From Gammaproteobacteria bacterium (GTDB lineage: Bacteria > Pseudomonadota > Gammaproteobacteria > JABABF01), in the NCBI GenBank assembly GCA_965237805.1, contig OZ250153.1, forward strand, positions 480,001 to 544,000: DNA of 64,000 bases, read 5' to 3'. The notes below the pieces were generated by a model, which was given only the letters and a program-made list of their open reading frames with translations, was not told where the DNA came from and searched no databases. Shown here piece by piece: positions 48,007-58,163 of the stretch (the stretch's first letter is position 1; each line of letters starts with the position of its first letter). The translations under genes and the position numbers were made by a program.

Positions 48007-48072
48007 GGGGCGCGGCGGCAACGGCCGATACACATAGATGCCACCACACAAGCGCCGGGCTGAGAGAGCCAT

Positions 48073-50145
48073 ATGAACGCCACCACAGCCAAACGCCACT
48101 GGGCACCACCAGCTAGAGCCGCACCGACAGCATGGCTCTTGGCGCTGCTACTGCTTGTGTTGCCGCTGACCGGGCAAGCAGCAGAGCGCCATGTGATCAA
48201 ATCCGCAGCGGTGCAGCAAGCCATCGACAGTGCCCAAAAGGCCAAGGCCGATGCCGCGGCCAAGATCACGGCCGAGGCCAAGCACACAGCGCTCTACCAG
48301 CGCTTGGGAGCCTACATACAAGCCGAGCAGCTGTTCAAACAGCCCGTGCTGATCAGAGAGCGCGCCGTCGCCGCCGCCCAGCGTTGCACCGCGGCTCCTT
48401 ATATCGACCTCGTCCTGCTCTACCGGTACCCGGTGCCGGTGACCCAAGCCGAAACACTGCACCAACACGCCGTGGCGATCAGCGAACAGGCCTTCGGGAA
48501 AAACCATCCGAACACTGGCCGCAGCCTCGGCGAGCTGGCCTCGCTCTACCTGATCCGCGGCCAATACAGCGAAGCCGAGACACTGCTCCTGCGGGCTCTG
48601 CGCATCCATCAACACAGTATGGGGGCAGAGCATCCGGTCACCGCGGCGAGCATCAGCAACCTCGCCTCGTTCTATTTCCAGCTCGCGGTACACGATCGCA
48701 TACAAAATCGGAGCGGCCTGTCGGCACACATGGCCGAGCCGCTCTTCAAACGCGCCTTGGCGATCAAAGAGACGACGACAGGGGCCGAGGATCCGAGCCT
48801 CATGCCCTATCTCTCCCAGCTCGGATTGGCCGAGCTCTACCGCTCCCGACACCCGGAATCCAAGCAGGCCCTCAACCGCGCACGGGCCATCCAAAACCAA
48901 GCCAAAGCACCCGGACTCGCCAGCACCCCAGCGGCATTGGAACAACTCCTCAGCCAGCTGCACGCTTCCCAGAGCCAATACGCCTATACCGAGCCGCTGA
49001 TCAAAGCAGCGCTCGAGGTCAAAAGCCAGGCGCTGAACGAGGGCCACGCGGTGATCGCAGACAGCCTCAGCGCGCTCGGCATCCTCTACCGACAACAAGG
49101 CCGCTTCGCCTCGGCCGAGCCGTTGCTGAGGCACACGCTGAGCGTCGCAGAGCAGGGTCCCGAGCACCCTAGCAGGATCACACGCATCGCGACCATCCTC
49201 CACCAGCTCGCCTTGCTCTACCACGCCCAAGGCGACTACACCAGAGCCGGGCCGCTCTTCGAGCGCGCCGTGGCACTGCGGCATCAAACGCTCGGAGACA
49301 CACATGCAGACACCGGGGCGAGCCTGCGCGGATTGGCTGCGAACTACAGTGCGCAGAGCCTCCACCACCAAGCCGAGCCGATCCTCCGCCAGCTGCTGAC
49401 TGACGGGGAGATTGTGTCTGGTGTCGCCCATCCGGACACCGCCCACAACCTCGATGCGCTCGCCGCAACCTACCGCCACCAAAGCCGCTACGCCAAGGCC
49501 GAGCAGCTACTCAAGCGTGCGCTGAAGATCCGCAGCAAGGTCTTGGGCGCAGCGCACCCCTGTGTGGCGGCCAGCCACAGCGAGCTCGCCAGACTCTACA
49601 GTGCGCAGGGACACGACGATGAAGCCGAAGCGCTGTTTAAACGAGCCTTAGGCAGCCGCGAGCTGCGCTTGGGCACGGCGCACCCGGACACCGCTGCCAG
49701 CCTCAGCCAGCTGGCCAGCTTCTATTTGAAGCTGGGACAGGCAGCCAAAGCCCAGCCACTATTTGAACGTGCGTTGGCGATCCACGAGAGCAGCCTCGGC
49801 CCCGAGCACCCGGCGACAGCGGACAGCCTCAGCCAGCTGGCCGCCTACCATCACACTCAACAGTCCCATACCGAGGCACTCGCTCTCTTCACACGCGCAC
49901 TGGCAATCCGCGAGCAGTTCCCGGGACCAGTGCATCCGGACACCGCACACAATCTCGGTGCTCTCGCCACACTCTATGTCGCCCAGCAGCTGAGCGGCCA
50001 AGCGCAGCCACTCTATGAGCGTGCGCTGAGCATCCTGGAGCAAAACAACCCGCATGATCCCAGCTTGGACAGGCTACGCGAACAGCTGCACCAGCTCTAC
50101 CTCATCACCGGGCAAGTGAAAAAAGCACGGGCGATAGGTCTCTAG
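48073..50145 (+). CDS. Exported tetratricopeptide-repeat protein (kinesin-light-chain-like repeats)
   Basis: Signal peptide followed by repeated ~42-aa units HPxTAxSLxxLAxxY...AxPLFxRALxIxE. Confidence 0.88.
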   Translation: MNATTAKRHWAPPARAAPTAWLLALLLLVLPLTGQAAERHVIKSAAVQQAIDSAQKAKADAAAKITAEAKHTALYQRLGAYIQAEQLFKQPVLIRERAVAAAQRCTAAPYIDLVLLYRYPVPVTQAETLHQHAVAISEQAFGKNHPNTGRSLGELASLYLIRGQYSEAETLLLRALRIHQHSMGAEHPVTAASISNLASFYFQLAVHDRIQNRSGLSAHMAEPLFKRALAIKETTTGAEDPSLMPYLSQLGLAELYRSRHPESKQALNRARAIQNQAKAPGLASTPAALEQLLSQLHASQSQYAYTEPLIKAALEVKSQALNEGHAVIADSLSALGILYRQQGRFASAEPLLRHTLSVAEQGPEHPSRITRIATILHQLALLYHAQGDYTRAGPLFERAVALRHQTLGDTHADTGASLRGLAANYSAQSLHHQAEPILRQLLTDGEIVSGVAHPDTAHNLDALAATYRHQSRYAKAEQLLKRALKIRSKVLGAAHPCVAASHSELARLYSAQGHDDEAEALFKRALGSRELRLGTAHPDTAASLSQLASFYLKLGQAAKAQPLFERALAIHESSLGPEHPATADSLSQLAAYHHTQQSHTEALALFTRALAIREQFPGPVHPDTAHNLGALATLYVAQQLSGQAQPLYERALSILEQNNPHDPSLDRLREQLHQLYLITGQVKKARAIGL

Positions 50146-50322
50146 CCAAGTTTGGTGCAGGTATTTTTGGGCCAAGTGCGGCATACATTGCCATTGCTTA
50201 ATGCTGTTATTTGCGATTGTCATAGCACCAGATATTCCATGTGTTGAAATTATCCGCCGCATCGCCACCGTGCACCATTGCTGGGGGCAACTACCTACGG
50301 GTCCGCCCCCAGCCTCTCCCCC

Positions 50323-52287
50323 TCAGCGCGATTGCGCCGCCCCATCCAGCCAAATCGGCGAGCTCCAAGCGCGCTCCTGATGCGTCTTGGGAATGTCTGC
50401 CGAGCAGCAGACTGCGAAGTTGTCCGGCACACTTTCCGGGCGCGAGCAATCGATGCCCTGAGCGTTGCAGGCGTAGGCGTTCCAACGGCAGCTGGGGTTT
50501 TCTACCGCCCGTGCGTAGTAATAGGCGCGCTGGCCGGGCAGGTAATCTGTGTCCGACCACACCGCGCACAGGCGATCGTGTCCGGTGCCGCTGAGCGCGC
50601 AGCTGGCACTGTCCACCGATGCGCCATTGTCGGTGCTGCCAGCGACATCGTAGACGCGCTGGCGCCGCTCGCCGCGCTCATCGACCCAGCCTTTGATGAT
50701 CTGCACCCGTTGTAGCGGTGTCCCAAGCGAGCCCGGCACGCCGGGGTCGCGCTGCGCCAATACAGCGAAGCGCGGCCCATTGTGCGCACCGGCTGGCCGC
50801 TGCTTCATGCGCGCCCCCATCGGCACGCCGCCGCGATCGGCGCGGCGCACAAAGTCGCCCTGTCCGCACAGCTGTTGCGAATAGTCCCAGCCGCCGAAGA
50901 AGCGCAGACTGATGCGCGGGCCGCTGGTGCCGTAGACCTCGCGGCGACGCATGGCGGAAAACAGCGAATCACGGGTATTTTCCTCAGCCCACACTGCGGT
51001 CAAGCCACCGGGGCCGAAGTTGATGGCCCCGGGCAGATCGGAATCGGGGTGGATGCCGCCAGTGTGTCCTTGGAAGCGATCCTCCGCCACCGATCCGGGC
51101 AGGCCAGCATGGGTGTCGGTGGCAGCGATCAACCCAAGGCGCCAAGGATTGACCCCGATGCGCGCTTCGTGGCGCAGCCCCTCAGTCAAAACCACGCGGG
51201 CGAAGCCGTTCTCTGGCGTGACGGGCTCTGGTGTGCTGGCGGGGTCGCTCACCCGGCGGAACAACGCCGAGAAGTTCTTGAAAGGCAAGGTCTCAAAGGC
51301 ACATAGTTCGTCCTCGGCACCAAGGCCGAACCAGCACTCCGAATCACCCTTGTGTTGCATCACCTCCAGCAACGGTTGCATGCGCTCTTGGCGGGCGGCG
51401 GTGTCGGCATCGAGGGTCTCGTCGCCGATCGGGAACATCTTGCCGCCGCTGAGATTGGAATTGTGGGGGATGGTCAGCACATCACAGCCCGGTTGCTCCA
51501 CGCAGTCGCGCTCCAGCACCTCCATCAGCTCATCCGCTGTCTTGAGCGCGATGCTGTCCGGCGGTGGCGAGGACAGCATCCCCAGATTGGCATTCCTAAA
51601 AATGACATTGCGGTGCAGGTTGTTGCCTTGGGGCGCGGAGCTCCACTCATAGGCCACAAAGGAGCTGAACTCGCAGTCGGCGCTGCGATCGTAAGCATGT
51701 TCGGCGGCATCGACAATCTGATTCCACACCCGCGAATTCTCCTGTTCGCAGTTGGCGTTGTCATCGCCGCAGATTGCCGATGGCCGACCGACCCGGCGAA
51801 TTCTCTCGGAGAGCAGATAGAAAGCGACGGAGCTGGGCAGCCAATCTTGCCAGCGCAGCAGATAGCAGTGCCAGTGGTGGTAGCCCGGCGCGCCCGGTGT
51901 CACGCATATTGAGGCCTTGCCCATGGTCTCGCCGTGATCGGTGAGTGCTGTGAAATCCAGCGGCCGGCGCAGCTGGCGTGTGCGCAGCGTCCTGCCAGCA
52001 CGGTCGTAGGGCCTGATGCCGAGCTTTTCGCCGCGTGCAAAACGATAGGCATCGGCGGGTGTGAGGCGGGTGCCAAACACCACTGCATCGAAGGAGAAGA
52101 CCGTGTGCACATGGGTGTCACCGAAGAATAGCTGGCGCTGCGGCTGGTAGTCGCGGCAGGGAGCACGCTGCTCAGTGATGACATAAGGTCGCGGCGGATA
52201 GTCCGCCGCCGCTTCGGCAAAGCTCGGTGCCAGCCACAGGCAAGCCAGCACCCACCAGCATGCTCTGTCTACTGTCTTGGTCATCAT
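50323..52287 (-). CDS. DUF3604 (PHP-like) exported protein, paralog B
   Basis: Signal peptide; GDTHVHT, TDHGE, HRNV, IPHN, QHKGDSEC, ATDTH and QERAWSSPIW. Start moved to MMTKTV to avoid overlap. Confidence 0.85.
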   Translation of the reverse strand: MMTKTVDRACWWVLACLWLAPSFAEAAADYPPRPYVITEQRAPCRDYQPQRQLFFGDTHVHTVFSFDAVVFGTRLTPADAYRFARGEKLGIRPYDRAGRTLRTRQLRRPLDFTALTDHGETMGKASICVTPGAPGYHHWHCYLLRWQDWLPSSVAFYLLSERIRRVGRPSAICGDDNANCEQENSRVWNQIVDAAEHAYDRSADCEFSSFVAYEWSSAPQGNNLHRNVIFRNANLGMLSSPPPDSIALKTADELMEVLERDCVEQPGCDVLTIPHNSNLSGGKMFPIGDETLDADTAARQERMQPLLEVMQHKGDSECWFGLGAEDELCAFETLPFKNFSALFRRVSDPASTPEPVTPENGFARVVLTEGLRHEARIGVNPWRLGLIAATDTHAGLPGSVAEDRFQGHTGGIHPDSDLPGAINFGPGGLTAVWAEENTRDSLFSAMRRREVYGTSGPRISLRFFGGWDYSQQLCGQGDFVRRADRGGVPMGARMKQRPAGAHNGPRFAVLAQRDPGVPGSLGTPLQRVQIIKGWVDERGERRQRVYDVAGSTDNGASVDSASCALSGTGHDRLCAVWSDTDYLPGQRAYYYARAVENPSCRWNAYACNAQGIDCSRPESVPDNFAVCCSADIPKTHQERAWSSPIWLDGAAQSR

Positions 52288-52325
52288 GGCGATATCAAGC
52301 CAACGCAGGGCGGAGCGCAGCCGCC

Positions 52326-54305
52326 TTAGTCGGTCTCGGCTCCCACCCAGATCGGCGAGCTCCAAGCACGCTCCTGCTGGCTGCGCGGATAAGCATCGGA
52401 GCAGCAAGCCTCATAGCTCCTAGTATTGGCCGAATCAGGATCTTCGCAGTCGACGCCATTGGCGTTGCAGACATAGCTGTGCCAGCGGCAGCTGGGATTC
52501 TCTACCGCCCGTGCGTAGTACCAGGCGGACTGCCCCGCTTGATAATCGGGATCCTCCCACACCGCGCACAGACGGTTGGAACCCGGGCCGTTGCGCTCAC
52601 ATGTCGCATCGTCGACCGACGCGCCGTTATCCGGCGTGCCAGCCACTTCATACAGCTGCTCGCGCCGCTCACCGGTGGCTTCGTCCAACCAACCTTTGAT
52701 AATCTGTACGCGTTGCAGGAGGGTACCTGGGAAAGCCTGGACCCCCAGATCGCGCGTCGCCATCACGGCAAAACGCGGCCCGCCGCTCAGAGACTTCGGT
52801 CGCGGCGGCAGCTCACTGCCCATCGGCACCCCCTGCCGATAGCCGCGGCTGACGAAGTTGGAGCTCTTGCACAGCCCGTTGGGATAACGCCAGCCACCAA
52901 AAAAGCGCAGCGTCATGCGCGGCCCGCTGGTGCCAAATACCTCGCGGCGGCGCATGGCGTCGAACAGCGAGTCGCGGGTGTTCTCCCGCGCCCACACCGC
53001 CGCCAAACCGCCGGGATTGAAAGGCAAGGCATCGGGCAAGCCATCACCACGGCTGAGCCCACCGGTATGCCCCTTGAAATTGTCCTCAGCGACCGCTCCA
53101 GCCAAGCCGCTGTGCGCATCGGTACTGCCGATCAAACCGAAGCGCCACGGATTGACTCCGAGGCGCTGCTGGTGACGCAGCCCCTCGCTCAGCGTGGTGC
53201 GCACAAAACCATTGCTGGGCTTCACTGGCTCCGGCGGCACATAATCGTCGCTGTTGGCACCGCGGAAGAGCTCTCTGAAATCCTTGTAGGGAAGGGTCTC
53301 AAAGGCACATAATTCATCGCTCGCCCCGATGCCGTACCAGCATTCGGAGTCGCCCTTGTGCTGCGTGACCTCGATCAAGCGCTCCAGCTGCGCCTGGCGC
53401 CGAGCCTGCTCCGGACTGCTCTGGAAATCCTCGGCGAGGGGAAACAGCATGCCTCCGCTGACATTGGAATTGTGTGGAATGGTCAGCACATCGCATTCTG
53501 GCTGTTGCAGACAATCTCGATCCAAGGCCTCGAACAACGCCTCTGGAGCGCTGAGATCAATGCTGCTCGGTGGCGGCTTGGACAGCTTGCCGAGGCTGCG
53601 GTTGCGGAAGATGACATTGCGGTGCATATTGTTGCCTTGGGGAGCCGAAGTCCACTCATAGCCGATGAAAGTGGTGAATTCGCAGTCGGCACTGCGGTCA
53701 TAGGCATTCTCGGCGGATTGGGTGATGTCCCGCCAGACCTGTGGCGCTTGGAGCTTGCAATTGATGCCGTCTTTGCCACAAATCACCGAGTACTCGCCAT
53801 CGCGTCGGATCAGCTGCACAAGCAGATAGAGCGGCACGGCATTGGGCAGCCAGCTCGACCAGCGCAGTAAATAGCACTGCCAATGGTGGTAGCCAGCCGC
53901 TCCCGGTGTCACGCAGATCGGCCCCAAACTCATCGTCTCGGCATGGTCAGTGACGATGGCAAAATCTAGCGGCCTTCGCAGCTGGTGGTAGCGCGCAGGC
54001 TCGCCAGCACTGTTGTAGGGTGGCATGCCGACGCGCTCGCCGCGGGCAAAACGGTAGGTGTCGGCCGGCTTGTTGCGGGTGCCGAACACCACGGCATCGT
54101 AAGAGTAGGCGCTGTGTACATGGGTGTCGCCAAAAAAGGCCTGTCGCTGCGGGTCGTAGTCATTGCAGGGCTGGCGCGGCTCGGTGATGTCGTAGGGACG
54201 CGATGGATAATCAGCGGCCTGTACGCCGAGTGGACACGCCAACAGCACCGCCGCCAGCGCCAAGCCACAGCGCACCGCAGCACCCCTTGTCTCGCTCTGC
54301 TTCAT
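52326..54305 (-). CDS. DUF3604 (PHP-like) exported protein, paralog C
   Basis: Signal peptide; GDTHVHS, TDHAE, HRNV, IPHN, QHKGDSEC and STDAH. GAGGGAAG RBS before ATG 54305. Confidence 0.85.
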   Translation of the reverse strand: MKQSETRGAAVRCGLALAAVLLACPLGVQAADYPSRPYDITEPRQPCNDYDPQRQAFFGDTHVHSAYSYDAVVFGTRNKPADTYRFARGERVGMPPYNSAGEPARYHQLRRPLDFAIVTDHAETMSLGPICVTPGAAGYHHWQCYLLRWSSWLPNAVPLYLLVQLIRRDGEYSVICGKDGINCKLQAPQVWRDITQSAENAYDRSADCEFTTFIGYEWTSAPQGNNMHRNVIFRNRSLGKLSKPPPSSIDLSAPEALFEALDRDCLQQPECDVLTIPHNSNVSGGMLFPLAEDFQSSPEQARRQAQLERLIEVTQHKGDSECWYGIGASDELCAFETLPYKDFRELFRGANSDDYVPPEPVKPSNGFVRTTLSEGLRHQQRLGVNPWRFGLIGSTDAHSGLAGAVAEDNFKGHTGGLSRGDGLPDALPFNPGGLAAVWARENTRDSLFDAMRRREVFGTSGPRMTLRFFGGWRYPNGLCKSSNFVSRGYRQGVPMGSELPPRPKSLSGGPRFAVMATRDLGVQAFPGTLLQRVQIIKGWLDEATGERREQLYEVAGTPDNGASVDDATCERNGPGSNRLCAVWEDPDYQAGQSAWYYARAVENPSCRWHSYVCNANGVDCEDPDSANTRSYEACCSDAYPRSQQERAWSSPIWVGAETD

Positions 54306-54334
54306 CTCACTTCCCTCCGCTGTCATCGGCCGAA

Positions 54335-55636
54335 TCAACTGCCAAAGCGCCGCTGCGTCTGACGGCGGCGCTGGCGAATTTGCTCACGGCGCTGCGCCGC
54401 CGTGAAGCCTTCGATGTCATTGGGCAACGCCGCACGCAGCTGATCGAAACGCACCAGCCGCGCCTCGGGCTGTGCTGCGCTCGTCGGCGGCTGAGCCACA
54501 CCCTGCCAACGCATCATGATCAAACCGCGCCGATGCCCCACGGTGTCGAGCCAGTTCTGAATGCCCGGGTCGCGGTGTGAAACAACAAAATAATAGCGAC
54601 CGTCGGCGCTCGGCACGGCTTGATCCAAGCTCAGACTGGACGTGTGGCTGTCATAGTCCAAGCTGATGAACCACAGGCTGCCCAGCTCCACGCCATGGTA
54701 ACTGACATCGCCGGGGACGAAGCTGATGACCAAAGCCTCGTTGTCCTCCAACTGCCAATTGCCGAAAGCGGAATACTGTCCGACGAGGCCACCCGAGGAG
54801 GCGCGCACCTTGGAGATACCGTTGCGCGGAGTCAGAGTCGTCATGGTGTCGCTCAGAGCGAGCCAAGTGGCGGCGCGGTCGTAGAGTGCCCTGGCAGCAT
54901 TGTTCAGGCGCTGGGCCAGCTGCTCCGAGCTGAGCGGCGGTGTGCGTTCGCCCTCGGCACCGACGCGTTCGATGTACAGCTCACCGACTCGCTCGTCCCA
55001 ATCGCTGTGCGTGTGGCGCACTAACAGTGTCTCCGCACCGTCGGCGGTGCGCAACCAATTGCGCCCAGCTCCCGGCTCATCCCGCTGAATATACAGCTCG
55101 AAGCTGCCGTCCGACTCGATGCGCATATCATTGCCATAGATCAAATCGATGTTGTCGCTGGTGCCGCCACTGCCGACCCCAGGCTGGCCGCGCAGCAGCT
55201 GGAACACCAAGCCGCGAGTCGTGCCGCGAGTGCCGCGCACCACATAGTCAGCATCGTCGCGCAAACGGGCGACATAGTAGTTGTTGTCCGGGTTGTCGAG
55301 ACCACTTTTGCTGGTCCATGTCGCAGCGGGCAGGAAGAAAGGATCATCCCGCCCCCGTAATGCGTTATTTTGGATCGCCCCCACCACACCGTAGAGCACC
55401 AGGCGGTAGGCCTCGGCAAGCGCTTGGTCGTCGGTGACGAAGCGGTGGCCGAGCAACAGCGCCAGCGTCTCTTGTTGGGCGAGGCTAAAGTTGTGCCAAG
55501 CGGTTGGCAACGCCCCCCGCGTGGTATCGTCTCGCTGCGGTTCAAATCGGGGCGGAGTGAGCCCCCCCCAGCGACCGACGGCAAAAGCGGCTGCAGCGAC
55601 CAGCAACAGCAGCAGCAAGCGCAGGAGCACACGCAT
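54335..55636 (-). CDS. DUF1214-like protein with N-terminal signal/anchor
   Basis: GLDNPDNNY...YVVRGTRG, DGSFEL and DPGIQNWLDTVGH..G..MMRW motifs. Confidence 0.68.
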   Translation of the reverse strand: MRVLLRLLLLLLVAAAAFAVGRWGGLTPPRFEPQRDDTTRGALPTAWHNFSLAQQETLALLLGHRFVTDDQALAEAYRLVLYGVVGAIQNNALRGRDDPFFLPAATWTSKSGLDNPDNNYYVARLRDDADYVVRGTRGTTRGLVFQLLRGQPGVGSGGTSDNIDLIYGNDMRIESDGSFELYIQRDEPGAGRNWLRTADGAETLLVRHTHSDWDERVGELYIERVGAEGERTPPLSSEQLAQRLNNAARALYDRAATWLALSDTMTTLTPRNGISKVRASSGGLVGQYSAFGNWQLEDNEALVISFVPGDVSYHGVELGSLWFISLDYDSHTSSLSLDQAVPSADGRYYFVVSHRDPGIQNWLDTVGHRRGLIMMRWQGVAQPPTSAAQPEARLVRFDQLRAALPNDIEGFTAAQRREQIRQRRRQTQRRFGS

Positions 55637-55642
55637 CGGCAG

Positions 55643-57658
55643 CTACGCGGGGTCGCGCCCGACCCGGGGGCTGAGCCAGATCGGCGAACTCCAAGCGCGC
55701 TCCTGCTGCACCTTGTCGTAACCGTTCGCATCACAACAGCTGCGTAGCGCCCGAGGCACGCTGCCCGGGTCGCTGCAATCGACCCCCTTAGCGAGACAAG
55801 CATAGCTCTGCCAACGGCAGCTGGGATTCTCCACCGCCCGCGCGTAATAGTAGGCGCGCTGGCCGGGCTGGTAATCGGGGTCGTGCCACACCGCGCACAG
55901 ACGGTCGTGACCAACGCCGCGACGCTTGCAGCTGGCGGTGTCAACAGTGGCACCGTTGTCCGGATCGCCAGCAACCTCGTAGACACGGGTGCGCGGCTCG
56001 CCATCGCCATCGACCCAGCCTTTGATGATCTGCACCCGTTGTAGCGGCGCTGCGGGATGGCCTGGAGTGTCGGGAGCGCGCTGCGCCTGCACCGAGAAAA
56101 TGGGCGCATCAGCAAGCGCTGGCCGCGGTGGCATTGCGGCACCCATCGGCACACCGCGGGCATAGCCCCAAGGCGCAAAACGTCCGCCCTCGCAAAGGGT
56201 GTCGGGGTAAGTGCGCCAACTGCCAAAGAAGCGCAGCTGCAGGCGCGGCCCACTGGTGCCGAAAACCTCGCGCCGACGCAGGGCCTCGAACAGTGAATCG
56301 CGATGGTTCTCCTCGGCCCACACGCCAGCTAAACCACCGGGGTTGAACTGCAGGTCATCGGGCAAGCGAGCAGCGCGTCCACTGTAGATATGGCCCAGAT
56401 AGTTGTCTTCCTCCACCGCACCCGGCGTCGCCAAGTGGGTATCGGTGGCGGCCAGCATGCCGAAGCGCCACGGGTTGACCCCCATGCGCTGCTCGTGGCG
56501 CAGCCCTTCGGCCAACACGGTGCGGGCGAAGCCAGTGGGGCCGGTGGGCGTGGGCACCTCGCGGCCAAAACCGTGAGCTTTGCCGTCGCGGAAATTGCCG
56601 AAAGCCAATTTCTCGAATCGGCACAGCTCGTCCGCGCCGAACCAGCACTCCGAATCACCCTTGTGCTGCATCACTTCGAGTAACGGCTCGAAACGCGCCC
56701 AGCTGCGCGCCTGCTCGGCATCCAGCTGCTCTCCCTGCGTCCCCATCGGGAACATCACCCCACCACTCAGATTGGAATTATGCGGAATCGATATCAGATC
56801 ACAGCCCGGCTGCTGCAGGCAGTCGCGCGTGAGCATATCGCGCAAAGCTGCGGGGGTGTGGGCGTCCCGCTGTCCCGGAGGCGGGCTGGACACCTTGCCG
56901 AGATTGCCATTGCGAAAAATGATGTTGCGGTGCAGGTTGCTGTCGGCTAAGCTGCCCGACCACTCAAAGCCGACAAAGCTGGTGAAGCTGCAGTCGGCGC
57001 TGCGGTCATAGGCATTTTCCGCCGCTTGGACGATCTGTTGCCAGACCCCTGCTGCATGGGGTCGGCAGTAGGCACCGTCCTCCCCGCACATTGGCGGCAG
57101 CTCGCGCTGCGAATGACGCACGAGCAGCAACAGCAACACACGCGGCATGAAGGGCGGCAACCACGGCACAGCGCGCACCAAACGGCACTGAAGTTGGCCG
57201 TAGCCCGGCGCTCCGGGCGTCAGGCACACCGGTGCCAACCCCATCGTCTCGGCATGGTCGGTGACGGCGGTGAAGTCCAGTGCTTGGCGCAGCTGGTGGC
57301 TCGCCAGCGGCTTGCCGTCGCGATCGTAGGGATGTATCCCCATGCGCTCCCCACGTGCGTAGCGGTAGGCATCGGCAGGCTTGTTGCGGGTGCCGTAGAT
57401 CACCGCATCGTAGGAAAAGGCAGTGTGCACATGGAGATCGCCATAGAACACTTGGCGCTCGGGACGATAGTCGCGGCACGGTTCGCGCTGCTCGCTCAGC
57501 TGGTAGAAGCGGTGTGGCGGGCTGTCGGCGGCTCGCACCGCGCCGATGGGCAGTAGCCAAGCGACCAATAACAGCGCGACAAACAAAGACCGAGCGCCAT
57601 TCGGAGCCCGCCGGGAACCCCACCGCCAGATGTCTGAGCTGTGCATCCCTCTCATCAT
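55643..57658 (-). CDS. DUF3604 (PHP-like) exported protein, paralog D
   Basis: Signal peptide; GDLHVHT, TDHAE, HRNI, IPHN, QHKGDSEC and ATDTH. Confidence 0.85.
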   Translation of the reverse strand: MMRGMHSSDIWRWGSRRAPNGARSLFVALLLVAWLLPIGAVRAADSPPHRFYQLSEQREPCRDYRPERQVFYGDLHVHTAFSYDAVIYGTRNKPADAYRYARGERMGIHPYDRDGKPLASHQLRQALDFTAVTDHAETMGLAPVCLTPGAPGYGQLQCRLVRAVPWLPPFMPRVLLLLLVRHSQRELPPMCGEDGAYCRPHAAGVWQQIVQAAENAYDRSADCSFTSFVGFEWSGSLADSNLHRNIIFRNGNLGKVSSPPPGQRDAHTPAALRDMLTRDCLQQPGCDLISIPHNSNLSGGVMFPMGTQGEQLDAEQARSWARFEPLLEVMQHKGDSECWFGADELCRFEKLAFGNFRDGKAHGFGREVPTPTGPTGFARTVLAEGLRHEQRMGVNPWRFGMLAATDTHLATPGAVEEDNYLGHIYSGRAARLPDDLQFNPGGLAGVWAEENHRDSLFEALRRREVFGTSGPRLQLRFFGSWRTYPDTLCEGGRFAPWGYARGVPMGAAMPPRPALADAPIFSVQAQRAPDTPGHPAAPLQRVQIIKGWVDGDGEPRTRVYEVAGDPDNGATVDTASCKRRGVGHDRLCAVWHDPDYQPGQRAYYYARAVENPSCRWQSYACLAKGVDCSDPGSVPRALRSCCDANGYDKVQQERAWSSPIWLSPRVGRDPA

Positions 57659-57705
57659 AGCGACAATAGCACCAGCTCACAATCCGCGGCCATGCGCCCA
57701 GGCGA

Positions 57706-57864
57706 TCAGGCGGCGCTCAGAGCCTGCCGATCGGCCTCGTCTATGACGATGTCGCCAGCTCGCGGCGCGTCCAGCTGTAGCTGCTCCCCGACATCCGGCT
57801 CACCGCAAGCTGCCAACGGCAACAGGCCGCACAGCAACAGCGCAGAGAAACATCGCTGAGGCAT
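57706..57864 (-). CDS. Putative small lipoprotein (52 aa)
   Basis: MPQRCFSALLLCGLLPLAACGEPD has a canonical LAAC lipobox; co-oriented just upstream of paralog D. Confidence 0.5.
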   Translation of the reverse strand: MPQRCFSALLLCGLLPLAACGEPDVGEQLQLDAPRAGDIVIDEADRQALSAA

Positions 57865-58127
57865 AGCTGCGCTCCAATTGGCTCGCATCGAGCGGTCCCC
57901 GGCGAGCGATTGCCTCAGCCAATATAGCACAAGCAATGCAGTCTGCTCAGTCGATTCCACAACACGGCATAGTGATGGCAAAGACAGCCGACGAGTAGCC
58001 ACCAATACCATCTGGCAACTGGCAATCGATGCCGCTTATGGTATGATAATTTGATGCCCAATTAGCTTGGATTGCGCCCATTATGCGGTGTCCCAGCACA
58101 TATTTCAGCTCGACGGCAAGGCACTAG

Positions 58128-58163
58128 CCGATGACTCAAAAATTCCCGATGACTCAAAAATTC
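58128..58163. repeat. Perfect 18-bp tandem duplication over the GH3 start codon
   Basis: CCGATGACTCAAAAATTC occurs twice, giving MTQKFP-MTQKFR. Confidence 0.9.

Noticed and set aside
50074-50268. 64-aa minus-strand ORF in the AT-richer gap between the TPR gene and DUF3604-B
   Set aside because: Overlaps the TPR 3' end, has no RBS or motif, and cannot be supported.
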